DNA from: a bacterium
Lineage (GTDB): Bacteria; Zhuqueibacterota; Zhuqueibacteria; Residuimicrobiales; Krinioviventaceae
Assembly: GCA_963675755.2 (NCBI GenBank)
Contig: CAXXMD010000003.1
Coordinates: 160,001 to 224,000, forward strand
Length of the DNA: 64,000 nt
Direction of reading: 5' to 3'
Part shown: in pieces, positions 62,301 to 64,000 of the stretch
How the letters are laid out: each line of letters begins with the position of its first letter
How positions within the stretch are numbered: position 1 is the first letter of the stretch
Position numbers and translations under genes: made by a program
The notes under the pieces: generated by a model
Seen by the model: the letters and a program-made list of their open reading frames with translations, nothing else
What the model was told of the DNA's origin: nothing
Databases searched by the model: none

Positions 62301-64000
62301 GCGGAGAAACTTCCGTTAACGTATTAACCAACGCACAGGGAATTGCAAGCGCAACCGCAACCCTGGGATCAACAGCTGGTGATACAATCTATGTGTTCCA
62401 TGCTATTTCTCCGGGTGCATCTGGTTCACCGGTCATTTTTAAAGCATCTGCAACACCTGGCAGTGCGGCTAAACTCGCCGAAGTTACAAATACCAATTAT
62501 CAGTCAGGTCCGGTTAACAGAACGCTTGAAAATGATATTGCTGTATTGGTTACCGATGCCAGCGACAATCCGGTACCCGGATATACTGTAACCTTTACCG
62601 TATCCAAAGGCGGCGGCAAGGTAGAAGGAGCAACATATGCCAATGTAATATCCGATGAAAATGGAAAAGCATCGGCTGCATTCAAACTGGGAACAGCGGT
62701 TGGCGAAAATATAGCCATAGCCAGTGCGGATGCACTTGAAGGCTCTCCCATCACCTTTTTTGCAGATGGTGAAGCTTCTACCCCGGCACGTATCGACATT
62801 GTATCCGGTAACAATCAGTCCGGAAACCTGGGCCAGCAACTGGCACAACCCTTTGTTGTTGTTGTCCGGGATTCATTCTTTAATGCAATCAACAATCACA
62901 CTGTTCAATATTCTGTTACTGAAGGTGACGGAAACATTGAAGGTTTGACCGTTGCTAATAAACAAACCAATGAAATTGGTAGAACATCCGCGTATCTGAC
63001 TCTGGGCACAACTGCTTATACAAATATTGTACAGGTATCAGCATTTCAAAATGATAATCCGCTTATCAACAGTCCGGTTACATTTGTAGCATCTACAGGT
63101 CCTGGAGATCCCAAATATCTGGTTTACGAAAGCGGTAACAATCAGATTGGTCGGGTAAGCGCACAATTACCTTCACCATTCAAGGTCAAAGTTACGGATG
63201 AAAACGGTATACCTGTCAAAGGCCACGAAGTTCAGTTTATCAGCTATACTCCGGGTGCACATTTTTCTGGCAGCAATATGATAACTGCGCAAACGGATGC
63301 AAATGGTTTTGCTACAGCGACTCCAACATTGGGAAGCAATTATACCACATATGAATTTGAAGCGGTTGCAAAATTCAATAATGTATCTCTTGGCGGTTCT
63401 CCACTGGTATTCGAAGCCTATGGACGTAAAAGTACAGCAACCCAAATTGAGAATCTGTCTACTGGAACATTAACCGGCACAGCAGGATTAGTATTGGGTG
63501 ATTCATTGAAAATTCGCGTCAAAGATGGCAATGGTAATCCTGTTGCAAATCATCCGGTGGAATTTCAAATCACATCAGGCAGCGGCAGCTTTTTGAACGA
63601 TCATCACAGCAGCGTTTCCATAAATTCAAATTCAAGTGGTGTTGCAAGTGTTGCCGTAACACTGCGTCAAACTCCGGGAACAGTTACCATAACCGCAATA
63701 TCAGACAATGGACTTGCGGACGGAGACCTTGATGGCTCACCAATCAATTATACAATTACTGCCGTAACCGGTGTTCCCGATCCGGATAATTGTACGATTC
63801 AATCCACTGACAATGTGCTTGCTGATGGCCAAACCCCATCACAGATAACCGTTACGCTCAAAGATGCATTCGAGAATCCGGTTTCAGGAAAAACGGTTAT
63901 GCTTGAAAGCGCGGGTATTGAAGTAATTAAAACCCAACCCCAAACTACAACGAATACAAGCGGACAAACATCAGGTTCTATTGTTTCTGAAAATGTAGGT
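59309..64000 (+). CDS. Second giant PTHT/FG-GAP/Ig-like paralog, truncated by the window end (at least 1560 aa)
   Basis: Manual reading: MYKKTFRLFSVALVFLCASIATAQVPPTHTSVLYQDDL... Same frame confirmed at spot checks (ELYVNQGDGTF near 60482; QITVTLKDAFENPV near 63842). Not in the ORF track, consistent with no stop in the window. Upstream in-frame ATGs at 59291 and 59303. Confidence 0.85.
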   Translation, partial: MYKKTFRLFSVALVFLCASIATAQVPPTHTSVLYQDDLVSAGQKDIGYITNSNGSFQADGWKTTGPSSKLVVELNEFLPHEGTMQVKIKNLNPATQVNNDWSLMSLWSRSAGSWRDMNSTPGSYVLLKTEPDAQYISGGNVAWKLVETPFYGGDTGNPNAMNISNTTMQTWDATMEHTFKIIWNPQYLWIVIDGEMVKRKAYKDQIENFEYIFLGSDNEYGSMAGPTFTDLQILVPSSSYSFENVTKSADLASDMIFGEQGVSLVDLNNDGLDDIYLNYCNTADGIPNALYMNSNSQLFTEDAGSAGIDNTNCSNSSTFADFDGDGDIDLFIAKVNSPNKLYINNGSGVFSDQSTSRGISSLNYSTVNAMAIDIENDGDLDIFAVSSTQNHELYVNQGDGTFSLETRGTNNPTGAVMGAVAGDVNNDGFVDIFIAQRSAACGLLINDGTGNFSNEAASRNANQSIKANNPTMMDYDNDGDLDIFLAPSSTSTTPDPRVLVLKNNGNGVFTDISNTANINIEAYGLVSGDIDNDGYEDLYAVRSNRRDVVDDHSSRIYLNNGDDTFTALTGTGAEAIFSDGRAGIMMDYDNDGLLDLYGVSKGNLYNGSSYDTIDFGRNQLLKNTTETPNNWLKVVVNDIAGNPDGIGAKIWVYEAGRNFSNDYLIGYRDVYAMQGYTSQGSMTQHFGVGSNTQVDVKIQMPGEEAKTINNVVVNRTVEFNPSLVVPHHINVSGHDQTGIAGNTLANPLQVYVYAEDSTPAPGITVQFDVTAGGGTLDGNTETQIITTTDENGLAEVTWKMGTTAGQENTVRVTSSYNGSELEGSPFDASITPVAGDPAKLVKSSGDAQTGYILQFLDNPIIAQVTDAFNNPVAGHNVIFTISTGGGSVDQSGTSTFQVQTDQGGLAQVNWLLGETIGTQTLNATSTFDSNPLTNSPLSFSATGLAPQQKLQYQSGNYQTKLINSALDPFTVQVVDFTDAPISGEEIEFKVISGNGTFGGETSVNVLTNAQGIASATATLGSTAGDTIYVFHAISPGASGSPVIFKASATPGSAAKLAEVTNTNYQSGPVNRTLENDIAVLVTDASDNPVPGYTVTFTVSKGGGKVEGATYANVISDENGKASAAFKLGTAVGENIAIASADALEGSPITFFADGEASTPARIDIVSGNNQSGNLGQQLAQPFVVVVRDSFFNAINNHTVQYSVTEGDGNIEGLTVANKQTNEIGRTSAYLTLGTTAYTNIVQVSAFQNDNPLINSPVTFVASTGPGDPKYLVYESGNNQIGRVSAQLPSPFKVKVTDENGIPVKGHEVQFISYTPGAHFSGSNMITAQTDANGFATATPTLGSNYTTYEFEAVAKFNNVSLGGSPLVFEAYGRKSTATQIENLSTGTLTGTAGLVLGDSLKIRVKDGNGNPVANHPVEFQITSGSGSFLNDHHSSVSINSNSSGVASVAVTLRQTPGTVTITAISDNGLADGDLDGSPINYTITAVTGVPDPDNCTIQSTDNVLADGQTPSQITVTLKDAFENPVSGKTVMLESAGIEVIKTQPQTTTNTSGQTSGSIVSENVG

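Noticed and set aside
1335-63445. Numerous short antisense or alternate-frame ORFs (60-175 aa) inside long genes
   Set aside because: They are shadow ORFs nested in well-supported CDSs and lack family motifs.

Overview
Bacterial genomic window, AT-rich. At least nine proteins end in a 'LxQN[YF]PNPF..T.I...W.G' FlgD-Ig/T9SS-type C-terminal domain (CTD), which suggests an FCB-group organism such as KSB1 or Calditrichota; this taxonomy is inference only. Layout: (1) truncated radC, then a minus-strand array of large secreted modular proteins (783-21655), five of which share unrecognised modules; (2) a minus-strand block with STAS, TPR, GIY-YIG, membrane protein and PFK genes; (3) an AT-rich plus-strand cassette: ECF-like sigma factor, HxxxCxxC zinc protein, single-pass TPR protein, an unannotated 54-aa Gly-Gly/Pro-rich peptide and an exported, membrane-anchored TPR-CHAT protease. 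This is the best candidate for a new, CRISPR-free protease/anti-sigma signalling system; (4) nadA, an RsmB/RsmF methyltransferase, iscA and a PAS kinase/NtrC pair with an adjacent sigma54 promoter and target gene; (5) a minus-strand mannan-related gene run in which the GH5, the AGE epimerase, the HDOD protein and the hybrid kinase have all lost canonical motif residues, while the sulfatase and GH92 look intact; (6) plus-strand giant FG-GAP/Ig-like surface proteins, the last running off the window and missing from the ORF track. I saw no rRNA, tRNA, CRISPR array or transposase. All family calls come from reading motifs by eye, with no database searches.
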